A stretch of 63,812 bases of DNA, the filler included, from Octopus bimaculoides (taxonomy: Eukaryota), in NCBI RefSeq assembly GCF_001194135.2. It is 7 parts of 7 records of this genome, joined end to end, with 100 filler letters (N's around TTAATTAATTAA, not from the genome) between each part and the next. Parts side by side here need not be neighbours in the genome. Positions count along the whole stretch, not along the records: positions 14,831 to 28,397 come from NC_068995.1; positions 28,498 to 39,653 come from NC_069010.1; 5 more parts are not named here. One strand, 5' to 3'. The position numbers and the translations under genes were made by a program. The notes below the pieces were generated by a model. That model saw only the letters and a program-made list of their open reading frames with translations. It had not been told where the DNA came from and made no database searches. How positions within the stretch are numbered: position 1 is the first letter of the stretch; every line of letters begins with the position of its first letter. Shown in pieces: positions 23,493 through 38,246 of the stretch.

Positions 23493-26400
23493 ATCTCATA
23501 CAAACAGAGAGAGAGAAATGTTGAAACTGTTGAAAGGATGGTGCTGATATTAGCTTCAGAGGGAACGTCACTGGTTAATGGAGAGAAGCATGTACAATTA
23601 GGTTTTTTTCTTTTAATTTTTAATTTGTTTTACTTGTTTCAGACATTAGACAGCAACCATGCTGTGGCAACGCCTCCAGGAATTTTTAGTCGAATGAATC
23701 GACTTTACCACTTAGTCTTTCTTTTTAATACTAGTACTTATTGTATGGGACTGTTTTGCTTAATCGCCAATTTATGTTTAAGCCCATCAACACCGGATGT
23801 CAAGGGGGGGCCAAACACAGAAGCAAAGTCCCCCACAGACAGACACAGACACACGCAGACATACACACATACACATGTACACACACAGAAACACACACAT
23901 ATATATATATTTATATAGATAAAAATATAGATTTTCGACGGGTTTCTTTCAGTTTCCGTCGATGAAGTCCACTCTCAACATTTTTGTCGCTCCGTTGCTA
24001 TAGTAGAAGACACTTGCGAAAAGTGCCACTCAGTAGAACTGAACCCGGTGACATGCGGTAGGGAAGCAAGGTTCTTGACACGCAGTCGCCCCTGCGCCTA
24101 TATATTCAACTATTCAATCAATTTTGGTTTAAACTGTTAGTCACTTGATGGACACGTTTTAGTGCAATTAGTTATCGTCTGCTAAAACGAGAAATACATA
24201 TTCGTTTATAGCCAGTCAAGTTCTGGATCTGGTGGTATCATCTAAACACCGCACATCTAAATGGCTGGCCTTGTGCATAAATTGGAATTTATTCTTGATT
24301 GCCTTTATGGAGCGCAATAGCAGACATAATACATAGATTACTTGTAAGAACAATGGCTGATATAGAAATATTTAAAATTAAGTGTAGCTTTATATATATA
24401 TATATATATATATACGTGTGCGCTTTTTTGAGTGATTACGTATGATGTATGTATGTATGTATGTATGCATGCATGCATGTAGGGTTGGATTGATGGAAGG
24501 ATGGCTTGATGACTGGATGGATATAGATATAGTTAGAATATGATTCTGGATTGAATCGTTTGAAGTGTTATAGTAACCAAATATCAGATGTATTTATATA
24601 TGTACTTTTGGAGGAAAAAACTCATAACAAAATTTATACAGTTTAATTTTTAGTTTATTAAATATATTAGAAATTATATAGATGTGAAATGCGTAGTTAT
24701 CAGAAAGAATTGTTAGCAATTTCAAATTATGAAACCTTGCATAGCTTTATCGATTAATGAGTTTTCACAAAACAATGGATACTGAGATAAACAAAATATT
24801 TTGTTTTTAGTTAATCACAAATATCTAACATCTATATTATTATGGAAGTTTTGCTTGACAGGACATAAGGGTTTCCATTGAGTTAAGTGTTGTTTTCTTC
24901 CGTTAAAATCAACCAACCGGAATTAACTATCCCTATACAGCTTCCAGAAAATGTAAGAAAAAATCAAAATGAAAGTAACAACAAGAAAAAAAAACGGAGA
25001 GAAAAGAGCTTTTTTTTACAGTACTCTAAAGATAAGTCTGTAAACGTCTAAAGACAGATAATTGAGATGATGGTTGTCAGATGAAAAATATATTTATTTT
25101 GTAATTGAGTTTGAAAAAAAAGGGAAGAAAAACACAGGCGAAATTATAAAATTATACAGTGCTCAATATAAACAGACAGCTTCAATGCAAAAAAAAATTT
25201 ATATTTCTTGTAATAAATCAAATATCAAATGATATTTAGCAATAAAATTGCACAACCATTCAGTTTTTTTTATCGAATTTCCTTTCAAACAATAATTAAT
25301 ATAATTCAACCTTCGTTATTTTAATTACATTTTATTATTGGCTGAACTAATTAACTCCAGAAAACACAATCCTATAATTAATTTATTTTTAACCGGTGTT
25401 CGATTAGGGTTGGTGTTATTAAAATATAAAATATAATAAAAATCATGTCTAGTCACTGAATTAAATGAAATGAATTAAAAGAATTTATCAAAGAAAAAAA
25501 AATGATTATAACAAAATTGGTAGTGTTCATATTTCAAATGCTAAAGAATTCCTTTCCCACCGTTAATGATACTTGAGGCAGAGTCACGATTTTCTGTGGA
25601 CATTTTTCAGAAAAGAATCAACAACGCCCTAAAGATTCCATTTGTATTTTGAATTATACATTATAATGTGTATTCATAAATACATTCCTAGAGAAATTCG
25701 GCTATTAAACATGTAGTGGGGGTATTATTTCTTCAGTTAGCATGAGATAATATGGAACTTCATTCTTTTTATTTGCATCTACTGCTACTCTCATTTATAA
25801 TCTAAATTTATACACTAACCATTTGAAAACAATTACAAGCTGAAACTATATTAATATCATATTCTACAACATGAGTTAATCTTATATGAAATGAGATTGC
25901 TGAGGAAATTAAGACTTTATATTTAATTAGTGTTATTGAAAATTAGTTAACATCATTCATTTAGATAATGCGAAATATTATTAGTGTGGATCTTTATCGA
26001 TTTTATAAATTTTCTGGAATGGATGATGCGCACTAAAATAATCTCTACTTGTCTTCCTCCTTTTCACTCTCTCCCCCTTCTCTCGCAATATAAATGTGGG
26101 CGTGTATGTGTGTGACCTTGTATGTATTACGTATATACATGGATAATATATATACACATACATGTATATATGTATATGTATATATATATATATANNNNNN
26201 NNNNNNNNNNNNNNNNNNNNNNNNNNNNNNNNNNNNNNNNNNNNNNNNNNNNNNNNNNNNNNNNNNNNNNNNNNNNNNNNNNNNNNNNNNNNNNNNNNNN
26301 NNNNNNNNNNNNNNNNNNNNNNNNNNNNNNNNNNNNNNNNNNNNNNNNNNNNNNNNNNNNNNNNNNNNNNNNNNNNNNNNNNNNNNNNNNNNNNNNNNNN

Positions 26401-28799
26401 NNNNNNNNNNNNNNNNNNNNNNNNNNNNNNNNNNNNNNNNNNNNNNNNNNNNNNNNNNNNNNNNNNNNNNNNNNNNNNNNNNNNNNNNNNNNNNNNNNNN
26501 NNNNNNNNNNNNNNNNNNNNNNNNNNNNNNNNNNNNNNNNNNNNNNNNNNNNNNNNNNNNNNNNNNNNNNNNNNNNNNNNNNNNNNNNNNNNNNNNNNNN
26601 NNNNNNNNNNNNNNNNNNNNNNNNNNNNNNNNNNNNNNNNNNNNNNNNNNNNNNNNNNNNNNNNNNNNNNNNNNNNNNNNNNNNNNNNNNNNNNNNNNNN
26701 NNNNNNNNNNNNNNNNNNNNNNNNNNNNNNTATATATATATACATACATTTTCCCTCGTATATGTTTGCGTGTATAAGCATATAAATTCATACATATATG
26801 TCCCAGGTTTTTCATTTGCTTTTGGTGCGGCATTTACTATCAATAAGATGACAACTACAGGATCGTTTGCTAATGGCTGATTTTAATTACGTAGTTTCAC
26901 GTTCTATCAATATTTGGACCGTATTGCAGAATATGAATTTAATGACGGGAATCTGAGCTGGTAGCCTTAAGCAGCTATAACTTCGAACATATTTATACCC
27001 CGAACGGGAGGGATGCGATTGTCATATATTTTATTTATAGATAGTATAAATGACTTCTTTGAGAAATTCTTCGATTGAAAAAAAACAGTCCAAACTTGAT
27101 ATTCTGATATTGTCGATATTCTGATATTGTCGAAATTACATTTTGTCCTTCTGCTTTATATGCATCGTAGTGTATGATTTCAGTTATGTTTATCTGCTTT
27201 GCTGTTACTTCCAGTTGCTCTTCCTATGTATATCTTCTTCCGTACTAACACTGTAAAAGAAAATGCAGATGTCAGGCCCCTGATATTAATAAATAATTGC
27301 TAAACACGTACTGTGTGCCAATAAATAGCTACGGGTGAGAGCCAATAGGGTAAAAAATTCAGTTAATACTGCTCATCAACTTTCTGTTTCAGTCTACAGA
27401 AAATTAGTTAAATTTACCCTTTTTATATATCTTCCACACAGGTTACATAAATTACAGAGAAAAACATATTTGGTAAACAAAGCTAACTTCCCAACAAATA
27501 TGATCTCTTTCAAATTGTACATTAAATAGAATTATAATACAAAGTAGCCAAATACCCAAACCAGCAATGAAAGTTTTATAAACGATCGCTTTTCTTGTTA
27601 GATGTTTTGTAAAACATCACCTCTTAGATAATTACATAGAAACCCATATGATTTACATAAGTATATTCCACCTCAGCTGTAGCAGTAAACTTTTGTGAGA
27701 AATAGAATAGACGTACATCATTTGATCTACGAACAAAATGAGTAAATATGATATTTTTCTATATCTGATATTTCTACGTTCAATTTATTTCAGATATGCT
27801 CCATTGAATGAATTAATATAAGTTTCAATTCCCAAAAGTTATGTACGATGTAACATCTTATATATGATAATGATTTTGTAAATATATTTTAACTAGGTGG
27901 CAGAGATTGTCGTGGCTACTTATATTATGATGCATCCCCAAGACATTTCTGATGCAGCGTTCTAGTATCTAATTTCATCCAGCCGTAAACTTATAGCCTC
28001 GTTTCTTTGGTAAAATGAGTCTTGAATATTTTATTGTGTCTGGGGAGAGTCATTCACTTTTAGAGCCTTATTAATTTAACATACTCACCGGTCCTGAACA
28101 AATCGTAGGTATTTTCTTTTCTTTCTTTTTTCTTTTTTTTACTACGGTATAACATACCATTTGAGTAATATATCACTTGTCAATTTATAATATCAAGTAA
28201 AAAAATACGTGATTTTTGTGGGGCGTATGACAATATATCATATCTCAATACTGACATATGCAGATATATTGTTTGCTAGTTTTCATAGAGATCACAACGG
28301 AAGATAACTAAATTAAACTCTTATGCATTTACAGTGTTTTACATTGACTGTACTCATATTCACGCAGAATTGTGTATATATATCCGATATATATATANNN
28401 NNNNNNNNNNNNNNNNNNNNNNNNNNNNNNNNNNNNNNNNNTTAATTAATTAANNNNNNNNNNNNNNNNNNNNNNNNNNNNNNNNNNNNNNNNNNNNTAG
28501 AAAACACTTGCCCAAGGTGCCACGCAGTGGGACTGAACCCGCAACCATGTGGTTGGTAAGCAAGCTACTTACCACACAACCACTCCTGCACTAATGATTC
28601 TAAATAAAAATAATAATCATAATAATAATTCCAAATTTTGCCACAGGGGCAGCAATTTTGGGGGAGCTGGTTACTTGGTAACATTGACCCCAGCGTTTCA
28701 CTGGTACTTAAAATTTATTGACCCCGGAAGGATGGAAGGCAAAGTCAACCTCAGTGGAATTTGAACTCAGAACATAAAAGATGAATAGCTCACCACCTT

Positions 28800-28840
<41 letters not shown>

Positions 28841-28872
28841 TAATAATAATGATAATAATAATAATAATAATA

Positions 28873-28910
<38 letters not shown>

Positions 28911-29010
28911 TAATAATAATAGTAATATAATAATAATAAGAATATAATAATAATAAGAATATAATAATAATAATATAATAATACTAATGTTAATAATATA
29001 ATAATAATAA
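28800..29010. repeat. (TAA)n microsatellite between two SINE B copies
   Basis: Directly visible. Confidence 0.95.
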
Positions 29011-29872
29011 TAATCCTTTCTACTATAGGCACAATGCCTGAAATTTTGGGGAGGGATGAACTCAATTATATTGATCCTAGTATTTCACTGATACTTAATT
29101 TATTGACCCCAAAAGGATGAAAGGCAAAGTCGATCTTGACTGAATTTGAACTCAGAATGTAGCAGCAGATGAGATACCGCTAAGCATTTTGCCTGGTGTG
29201 CTAACGATTCTGCCAGCCAGAAGAAGGAGGAGGAGGAGAAGAAGAAGAAGAAGAAGGAGGAAGAGGAAGAGAAGAAGAAGAACTGCAATTATTGTTATTA
29301 AAAAGAGCAATTACTTCATCGCTGCCACCACTACAACCAAGACCACCGCCACCACCACCATGCTTGTTCAATAAACAACTTTACTGCATCAATTAGTCGG
29401 CTTCCATGTTGTTTCATTAGGTAAATCATTTTACTGAGTGATTGTTAACTAAACAACTTGGTGGGGATGGTTGCACAGGTGATGGTGGTGGTAGTGGTGG
29501 TGGTGGTGGTGGTGGTGAAATGTGGTTATGGTGTTGGTTACAATGACAATGATCATGGTGGTGGTGGTGGTGGTTGTGGTTGTAGGTTGGTGATGAGGCT
29601 GACAACAATGATGAATGTGGTGGTGATGGTAATGATGATGAAGATGCTGATGGTGGTGGTGGTAGTGGTGGTGATTTTTTTGTATCTTTTGCCTGTTTCT
29701 TGTTTACGCCATTAGGCTGTGGCCATGCTGGGGCACCACCTTGAAGGGTTTACTCAGAGAAATGGGCTTCAATATTTGCTGTTTTTAATGCTTTGTACTT
29801 ATTCTATCAGTCTTTTTTGCTGAGCCACTAAGGTATGGGGATGTAAACACACCAACATAAATGCAAAGACAA

Positions 29873-29905
<33 letters not shown>

Positions 29906-30355
29906 CATATATAGACATGTGTGGTCAATGCCAGTGATGCCGGTGGCATGTAAAAAGCACCCGCTATACTCTCAGTGGTTGACAGTAGGAAGGGCATCCA
30001 GCTGTAGAAACTCTGCCAGACGTTTGTCTGTAAAACAACACTACAAACTAATTATTGTTCTTAAATCTGATGGGAAGAAGCAAAGTTGTGCATCGGTGTT
30101 AATGGTTAGCACACTCGTCATGAAAACAAAGAGATGTGGGTTCAAGTCCCATGCATACAGGAAAACCTGTTTCTTTTCCATCAAGGGCTTGTATGTCCCA
30201 TTATTGGACTGTTTTCTTTAGTCATTGTACAGTGATTGCTTATAAGCTTAAAGCTTATAAAATACTATTATTATTATTTACAAAATTGTAAAAATCAACG
30301 CTGCTTGTCAAAAACCATCGCAGACATATATATATGTATATATAAATAAAATAAA

Positions 30356-30388
<33 letters not shown>

Positions 30389-30393
30389 AATAA

Positions 30394-30434
<41 letters not shown>

Positions 30435-30847
30435 NNNNNNNNNNNNNNNNNNNNNNNNNNNNNNNNNNNNNNNNNNNNNNNNNNNNNNNNNNNNNNNNNN
30501 NNNNNNNNNNNNNNNNNNNNNNNNNNNNNNNNNNNNNNNNNNNNNNNNNNNNNNNNNNNNNNNNNNNNNNNNNNNNNNNNNNNNNNNNNNNNNNNNNNNN
30601 NNNNNNNNNNNNNNNNNNNNNNNNNNNNNNNNNNNNNNNNNNNNNNNNNNNNNNNNNNNNNNNNNNNNNNNNNNNNNNNNNNNNNNNNNNNNNNNNNNNN
30701 NNNNNNNNNNNNNNNNNNNNNNNNNNNNNNNNNNNNNNNNNNNNNNNNNNNNNNNNNNNNNNNNNNNNNNNNNNNNNNNNNNNNNNNNNNNNNNNNNNNA
30801 TATATATATATATACATACACACACACACATATATATATAGGATTTT

Positions 30848-31153
30848 TGAGCGAGATTGTTGCCAGTGCCCCTGGACTGGCTCTTGTGCGGGTGGCACAT
30901 AAAATACACCATTTTGAGCGTGGCCGTTGCCAGTACCGCCTGACTGGCCTTCGTGCGGGTGACACGTAAAAGCACCCACTACACTCTCGGAGTGGTTGGC
31001 GTTAGGAAGGGCATCCAGCTGTAGAAACTCTGCCAAATTTAGATTGGAGCCTGGTGTAGCCATCCGGTTTCACCAGTCCTCAGTCAAATCGTCCAACCCA
31101 TGCTAGCATGGAAAGCGGACGTTAAACGATGATGATGATGATGATGATGATGA
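30848..31153 (+). mobile_element. repeat family C, (GAT)n-tailed retroposon 3' end (likely RTE-related)
   Basis: ..GTTAGGAAGGGCATCCAGCTGTAGAAACTCTGCC..CCAACCCATGCTAGCATGGAAAGCGGACGTTAAACGATGATGAT. Close copies at 36108-36390(+), 39415-39566(+), 59063-59243(-); diverged copies near 48905-49145, 53345-53490, 53835-54095 and 54935-55128. Confidence 0.85.
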
Positions 31154-31559
31154 TATATATACAAACACATAGACACGTATACACACTAACCAATACACAT
31201 TTGTATATACAAATACATAAAGATGCAAACATACATACATTTACATATGCACACACACACATTCATACACACATAAACACATATACATATACACAATAAT
31301 ACACACTGATTTACATATATGCATATATATATACACACAAACAAATATATGCATGAACATACATACATACACACACATACATAAATATACAAATATCTGC
31401 ATGCATACACACATGCAAAGGTTCATACACACACACACACACATACATACACACACGTATATAAATATGCACACACATACGCAAGTATACACATACGTAC
31501 ACAAATATACACTCTCTTATACCTGCGCACTCATAAATGCATACACACACACTTAAATG

Positions 31560-31593
<34 letters not shown>

Positions 31594-32584
31594 CAACATT
31601 CATATGCTCACACATACACAAATACACACAAACACATAACCACACACATATACATACACACACGTATATAAATATGCACACACATACGCAAGTATACACA
31701 CAAACACATAACCACACACATATACACCAATGTTCATACACACATCAAGCAGAAATGTGGTATATAGAAGTCTGTATGGTGGTGGTGGTGGTGGTGGTGG
31801 TGGTGGTATTCNNNNNNNNNNNNNNNNNNNNNNNNNNNNNNNNNNNNNNNNNNNNNNNNNNNNNNNNNNNNNNNNNNNNNNNNNNNNNNNNNNNNNNNNN
31901 NNNNNNNNNNNNNNNNNNNNNNNNNNNNNNNNNNNNNNNNNNNNNNNNNNNNNNNNNNNNNNNNNNNNNNNNNNNNNNNNNNNNNNNNNNNNNNNNNNNN
32001 NNNNNNNNNNNNNNNNNNNNNNNNNNNNNNNNNNNNNNNNNNNNNNNNNNNNNNNNNNNNNNNNNNNNNNNNNNNNNNNNNNNNNNNNNNNNNNNNNNNN
32101 NNNNNNNNNNNNNNNNNNNNNNNNNNNNNNNNNNNNNNNNNNNNNNNNNNNNNNNNNNNNNNNNNNNNNNNNNNNNNNNNNNNNNNNNNNNNNNNNNNNN
32201 NNNNNNNNNNNNNNNNNNNNNNNNNNNNNNNNNNNNNNNNNNNNNNNNNNNNNNNNNNNNNNNNNNNNNNNNNNNNNNNNNNNNNNNNNNNNNNNNNNNN
32301 NNNNNNNNNNNNNNNNNNNNNNNNNNNNNNNNNNNNNNNNNNNNNNNNNNNNNNNNNNNNNNNNNNNNNNNNNNNNNNNNNNNNNNNNNNNNNNNNNNNN
32401 NNNNNNNNNNNNNNNNNNNNNNNNNNNNNNNNNNNNNNNNNNNNNNNNNNNNNNNNNNNNNNNNNNNNNNNNNNNNNNNNNNNNNNNNNNNNNNNNNNNN
32501 NNNNNNNNNNNNNNNNNNNNNNNNNNNNNNNNNNNNNNNNNNGAAATCAATCACGATAGAGATTGATCGAATTGCATTGCAGTA

Positions 32585-32623
<39 letters not shown>

Positions 32624-33894
32624 CATGCGAGTGTGTGTGTGTTTGCATGTGTTTGTGTATGTGTGTGTGTGTGTGTGTGTGTAAGCATGAGTACATTGGT
32701 ACATGCATATGTGTGTTGTGTGTATAAGTGTGTACATATGTGTGTGTGGTGGTATTAACGTGTGTGTTTATGGGTGTGCATGTGTTTGTGAGCATATCTA
32801 TGTGAGTGCATGTGTGTACGTATGTATGTGTATATGTGTGTGTGTGTGTATACATATGTGTATGTCTGCATGTGTGTGAGTGTATATGTGTATGTGAATC
32901 TAGATGCGTATGCCTGGAGCTGTGAATGTGTATGTGTGTGTGTGTGTGTGTGTGTACATAGTAAATGCATATGTGTATGGATGTGTGTATGCTTGTGTTT
33001 GTATGTTGATGTATGTGTGTGTATATATATATGTATATGTTTGTATGTATATATAAATATATATATCAATGTATATATGTGCATACATACATATATGTAT
33101 ATGTGTGTATATATATATATGTATATGTTTGTATGTATATATAAATATATATATATCAATGTATATATGTGCATACATACATATATGTATATGTGTGTAT
33201 ATATATATATATATTCTTTTATTTGTTTCTCTCATTTGACTGTGGCCATGCTGAAGCACTGCCTTTAGTCAAAAAAATCGACCCCCAAGACTTATACTTT
33301 TTAAGCTTAGTACTTATTCTATCGGACTCTTTATGCCGAACTGCTAAGTTACGTAGACGTAAACACACCAACATTGGAAGTCAAGCGATGGTGGTGGGAC
33401 AAACGCAGACACACAAACATATGCATATATATATATATATATATATATATANNNNNNNNNNNNNNNNNNNNNNNNNNNNNNNNNNNNNNNNNNNNNNNNN
33501 NNNNNNNNNNNNNNNNNNNNNNNNNNNNNNNNNNNNNNNNNNNNNNNNNNNNNNNNNNNNNNNNNNNNNNNNNNNNNNNNNNNNNNNNNNNNNNNNNNNN
33601 NNNNNNNNNNNNNNNNNNNNNNNNNNNNNNNNNNNNNNNNNNNNNNNNNNNNNNNNNNNNNNNNNNNNNNNNNNNNNNNNNNNNNNNNNNNNNNNNNNNN
33701 NNNNNNNNNNNNNNNNNNNNNNNNNNNNNNGCATGGCTGTATGGTAAATAACTTGCTTCCCAACCACATGCTTCCAGGTTCAATCCCACTGTGTGGCACC
33801 TTGGGCAAGTGTCTTCTACTATAGCCTCAGGCCAACCAAAGCCTTGTGAGTGGATTTGGTAGACAGAAACTGAAAGAAGCCCCTGATATATACA

Positions 33895-33946
<52 letters not shown>

Positions 33947-34379
33947 TGCATGCATATGTCAGAATGCTCTTGAATGCCACATGTAACATGTAATCAAGTA
34001 CAACATGTTGCATGTTTGGTTTGTCGCCAACTAGACTGGGACTCTCCTCATACTTCATCGGGCTCTGCTGTTGGAGGGGTTGTTTGAAACCCAGCAGGAC
34101 CAAATCAATGCCTGTTAAAAGGGCGGATGAACCCAATTACACGTGTATGTGTATGTATGGATGCATGTCTGTGTGTACATATGTATGTGTATGTATCTGT
34201 ATGTATGCATGTATGAGTATGTATGCATGTGTGTGGGGGGATGTATGATTGTGTATGTATGTGTGTCTATGTACAGATGTATATTTGTGTGATGTATATG
34301 TGTGTGCATGTGTATATACATATATATTTATGTGGTTGTATATATTTGTATATGGATGTATATAAATTATATTTTCATA

Positions 34380-34725
34380 GGTGCAGGAGTGGCTGTGTGG
34401 TAAGTAGCTTGCTTTCCAACCACATGGTTCCGGGTTCAGTCCCACTGCGTGACACCTTGGGCAAGTGTCTTCTACTATAGCCTCGGGCCGACCAAAGCCT
34501 TGTGAGTGGATTTGGTAGACGGAAACTGAAAGAAGCCCTTCGTATATATGTATATATATATATATATATGTATGTGTGTATATATGTTTGTGTGTCTGTG
34601 TTTGTCCCCACAACATCGCTTGACAACCGATGGTGGTGTCTTTACGTCCCCCGTAACTTAGCGGTTTAGCAAAAGAGACTGATAGAATAAGTACTAGGCT
34701 TACAAAGAATAAGTCCCGGGGTCGG
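34380..34725 (+). mobile_element. SINE family A, 3'-truncated young copy
   Basis: GGTGCAGGAGTGGCTGTGTGGTAAGTAGCTTGC..GGTTCAGTCCCACTGCG..; highly similar to 38716-39140. Confidence 0.9.
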
Positions 34726-35039
34726 AATTTGAGAAGTTCAGAACTTAAGGTTCGTTTATTCGTTATTTCATTAAAGACTGCTGTTTTGGCTGTGCAGACT
34801 TAATCATGAGTGGAATATATATATGAATATATATATACCATATATTATATATCATGATATTTATTTCAATTAGTTATTATACATTTTATTACATTAATTC
34901 TACATTAATGCAATTATGATTATAATTAGTTATTGTACATTTTATTACATTAATTAAGAAAATATGAAGTACGCCATAATTATAATTTAATATACTTGTC
35001 TAATTTTAATTTATAAATACCTTGTAAGATACTCCTCCA

Positions 35040-35560
35040 GTTGTTTATGGCTGGCCAAGATCATTCCAGGACATCGACATCTTGCTGGGGTTCAGCGTCT
35101 TGATCAGACCGATCAAGATGGGGGGAGTCCACTACAAGCAGAGGTAGCATGTTGTCGACAAACAGATCTACAATCCTTCTGTCCACCATAAACTGACAGA
35201 CGCCAGTGCCAGCAGTTTGGGCAAATGCCTCACCAATACTGGGCTGGTGTGCTTTCTTTGCACATGGTCACAACGATTGGCTACTGGCACTGCTACCAGA
35301 AGATTGCCTGTGTATCCCACGGGAAGATCCAGCCTTGAGCCTCTCTTCAGATTGGATGGTGTGTGCTGGGTGTTTCCTCTTGACATGCAGCTTCAAGTTG
35401 TAGAGGCTCACCACTTGTCCCTTGATGGCAGTCTCCTTGGGCGGGCACATGATTCACTGGAAGTACAGGATTTTGGCATTCTTCTTATCCTTTGACGTAA
35501 GGACAAAGTAGTCCTGCAGGTAGAGGCCACGGGTTCTGAGATTCCTGGCTCTCAACCTGT
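35040..35560 (-). mobile_element. hAT-type transposase N-terminal fragment (BED zinc finger)
   Basis: Minus strand reads LYLQDYFVLTSKDKKNAKILYFQ*IMCPPKETAIKGQVVSLYNLKLHVKRKHP..QPSIGEAFA..VDRRIVDLFVDNMLPLLVV, a BED-finger-like motif followed by a hAT N-terminal pattern, with stops. Confidence 0.6.
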
Positions 35561-36733
35561 GCGACCTCTGCCTCACCCACAACTTTTGCAGACTCCTTAC
35601 CAGGCCCTTCATCTTTAGGCCAAAAAAAAAAAACGTCTTCACCTTCCATAACGATTAGCGATAACTTGATAAGCTGATAACATACACTGCTGTCGCTGAC
35701 ACTGTAAGACTGCCTGTAATATGACAACGTCGTAAGTGAACACAACTCAAAACTGCAGAATTATACAATGCTGCTCAGCTAACCGCTGCCTCATCAACCA
35801 ATCATGTCTTGTCATGTGTATACGTAGTCAGCCTGATCAGCTCTTCAAGACACACCCACAACAGACAGGAACAAACATATGAATTTTGTTAGCAGACTTA
35901 AAGTTAACGGTACTAAATTTAGTGGAAGCTAGTTGATCTGCTAATGGTTTCCAAAGTTAGCTTCATTAATTAACTGTTAGAAGATTAGCAGGACCATGTC
36001 CACCACTGATATATATGTGTCTACATTTTTTTGATGTCCTGTACCCATATATGCATGTATATATACATATATATGTAGGTATGTACATATATGTATGCAT
36101 ATATTTATGCCAGTGCCGCTGGACTGGCTCCTGTGCAGGTGGCACGTAAAATACACCATTTTGAGCGTGGCTGTTGCCAGTACCGCCTGACTGGCCTTCA
36201 TGCTGGTGGCACGTAAAAGCACCCACTACACTCTCGGAGTGGTTGGCGTTAGGAAGGGCATCCAGCTGTAGAAACTCTGCCAAATCAGATTGGAGCCTGG
36301 TGTAGCCTTCTGGTTCACCAGTCCTCTGTCAAATCGTCCAACCCATGCTAGCATGGAAAGCGGACGTTAAACGATGATAATGATGATGATGATATTTATA
36401 TGCTATTTGTATTATTATATGATCAAACGCCATGCATCCTTTTCCAAGTTTTATCTTAATAATTACAATGTGCACTCTTCTCTATCTATCTATCTCCCTC
36501 TCTTGTTCTTCTTCCTTTCTGTTTTTCTCTCCCACCCTTTCCATATTCTTTTCCCCTCTCTTCCACCGTTCTCTGTCTCTCTCACTCTTCCTCCTTGACT
36601 CTCGTTGCTGACACGTGACTAAAGGTGATCTATCTTTCTTTCTTTTTCTTCCTTCGTAAAGACAAGATGTGCTTTTACCTGTCCCTTCTCACAGCTCATC
36701 TTTCTAGCATTCATAATCTTCACAGATGCCAGT

Positions 36734-36980
36734 GCCGGCATATGGCATAGTGGTTAAGAGCGCGGGCTACTAACCCCAAGATCCTGAGTTCGACTCCAGG
36801 CAGTGACTTGAATAATAATGATAATAATAATAATAACAACATTGAAAAATACCTTAGGAACGAGAACCCAGGTTCGAAATTTCCCTAAGACACCTGATGA
36901 AGGCTGGAGGGTATATCAGCCGAAACGTTGTGTTAACAACAAATAAGATGACGACAAATTCCGTCAAATGTAAATAATGT
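36734..36980 (+). mobile_element. tRNA-derived SINE with hammerhead-containing 3' half
   Basis: A box TGGCATAGTGG (36743-36753), B box GAGTTCGACTCC (36786-36797), tRNA-like anticodon arm, (AAT)n linker, then a 3' module containing CTGATGA...CGAAAC. Ends are approximate. Confidence 0.75.
36889..36934 (+). ncRNA. minimal type I hammerhead ribozyme inside a tRNA-headed SINE
   Basis: Stem I GACAC/GTGTT, CTGATGA 36894-36900, one extra A, stem II GGCTG/CAGCC, GAAA 36922-36925, loopless palindromic stem III (AACGTT), GUU triplet with predicted cleavage after 36929. Confidence 0.7.
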
Positions 36981-37601
36981 CAAATGACATTCATGCATCT
37001 ATCAGAAATAGATGCAGCTTCTTTTATTTTTTAATCCTTTTTTTGTTTATAAATCCTTTCCTTCAAACATTCATACATTGAAATTGATGGGAGTGACCAT
37101 CATCATCACAATCATCATTATTATTGCTAACTGGCCTCGTGCTGTACTGTAAAAAATGACAGCTAATTGTAGTATTAAATATATAAGGTACAAAACCAAG
37201 CTTTTAGTTTAATAATTCTTTTATTACCAAATTTATAATATACCTTTTAACTGGAGTCGTTTTATATTCTTGATACACTCAGGCAATAATTATTTTCTCT
37301 AATGAGTTTGTATATGTTTGTGTAGTTATATGTGTGTGATTGTAATAATTATTTTTAACAAAACAGATAGAATACGGATGGTAAATTAAATTAATAAACT
37401 TATCAATGTTATCTAATGGTTGTCTTTTGAGATGTGACATCGATCATCGTTTGTTACTGAAAGAATGCTGGTTCACACACACAAACATTCACATACTTCC
37501 CTTGTACACATGCACACACACACACACATATACTCACACAAAGTTGAAATGCTGTTTGATTTTTCTTTTCAACATTGAATGTTCACCATCCCACTTCCAT
37601 T

Positions 37602-37632
<31 letters not shown>

Positions 37633-38246
37633 TTCACGTATCTCCCTTTTACATACACACACACATATACTCACACAGAGGTGAACCACTCCACTACCAG
37701 TTTGCCATCACCCCTTCCTTCCTTTATTTATCTCTCACCCCTTCCTTTCTCATTCATATGTTGTGACGGAGAAAAAAACAAGAGTATTATTACAGTAGAT
37801 TATTATTATTAAGGTGACGGGCTGGCAAAATCATAAGCCTGGCAGACAGAATGGTTAACAGCATTTATGTTCTGGACTCAAATTCTGCCAAGGTAGACTT
37901 TGCCTGTCATCCTTTCAGGGTCAGTAAAATAAGTACCAGTTAAACACTGGGATCGATGTAATCGACTAACCCCCTCCCCCAAAATTGCTGGCCTTGTGCT
38001 AAAATTTGAAGTCATTATTATTATTACTATCAAGATGGCGAGCTTGCAGAATCCATAGCATGCCGGGCAAAATGCTTAGTGGTGTTTTGTCCATCTTTAT
38101 GTTCTGAGTTCAAATTCCACCGAGGTTGACTTTGCCTTTCATAATTTTGGGGTCGATAAATTAAGTACCAGTCAAGCACTGGGGTCAATGTAATCCACTT
38201 ATCCCCTCCCACCAAAAATGGCTTCCCTTGTGGCAAAATTTGAAAC

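Noticed and set aside
36740-36800. Possible functional tRNA gene
   Set aside because: The acceptor stem does not close and the sequence continues into a repeat body, so it is treated as a SINE head.
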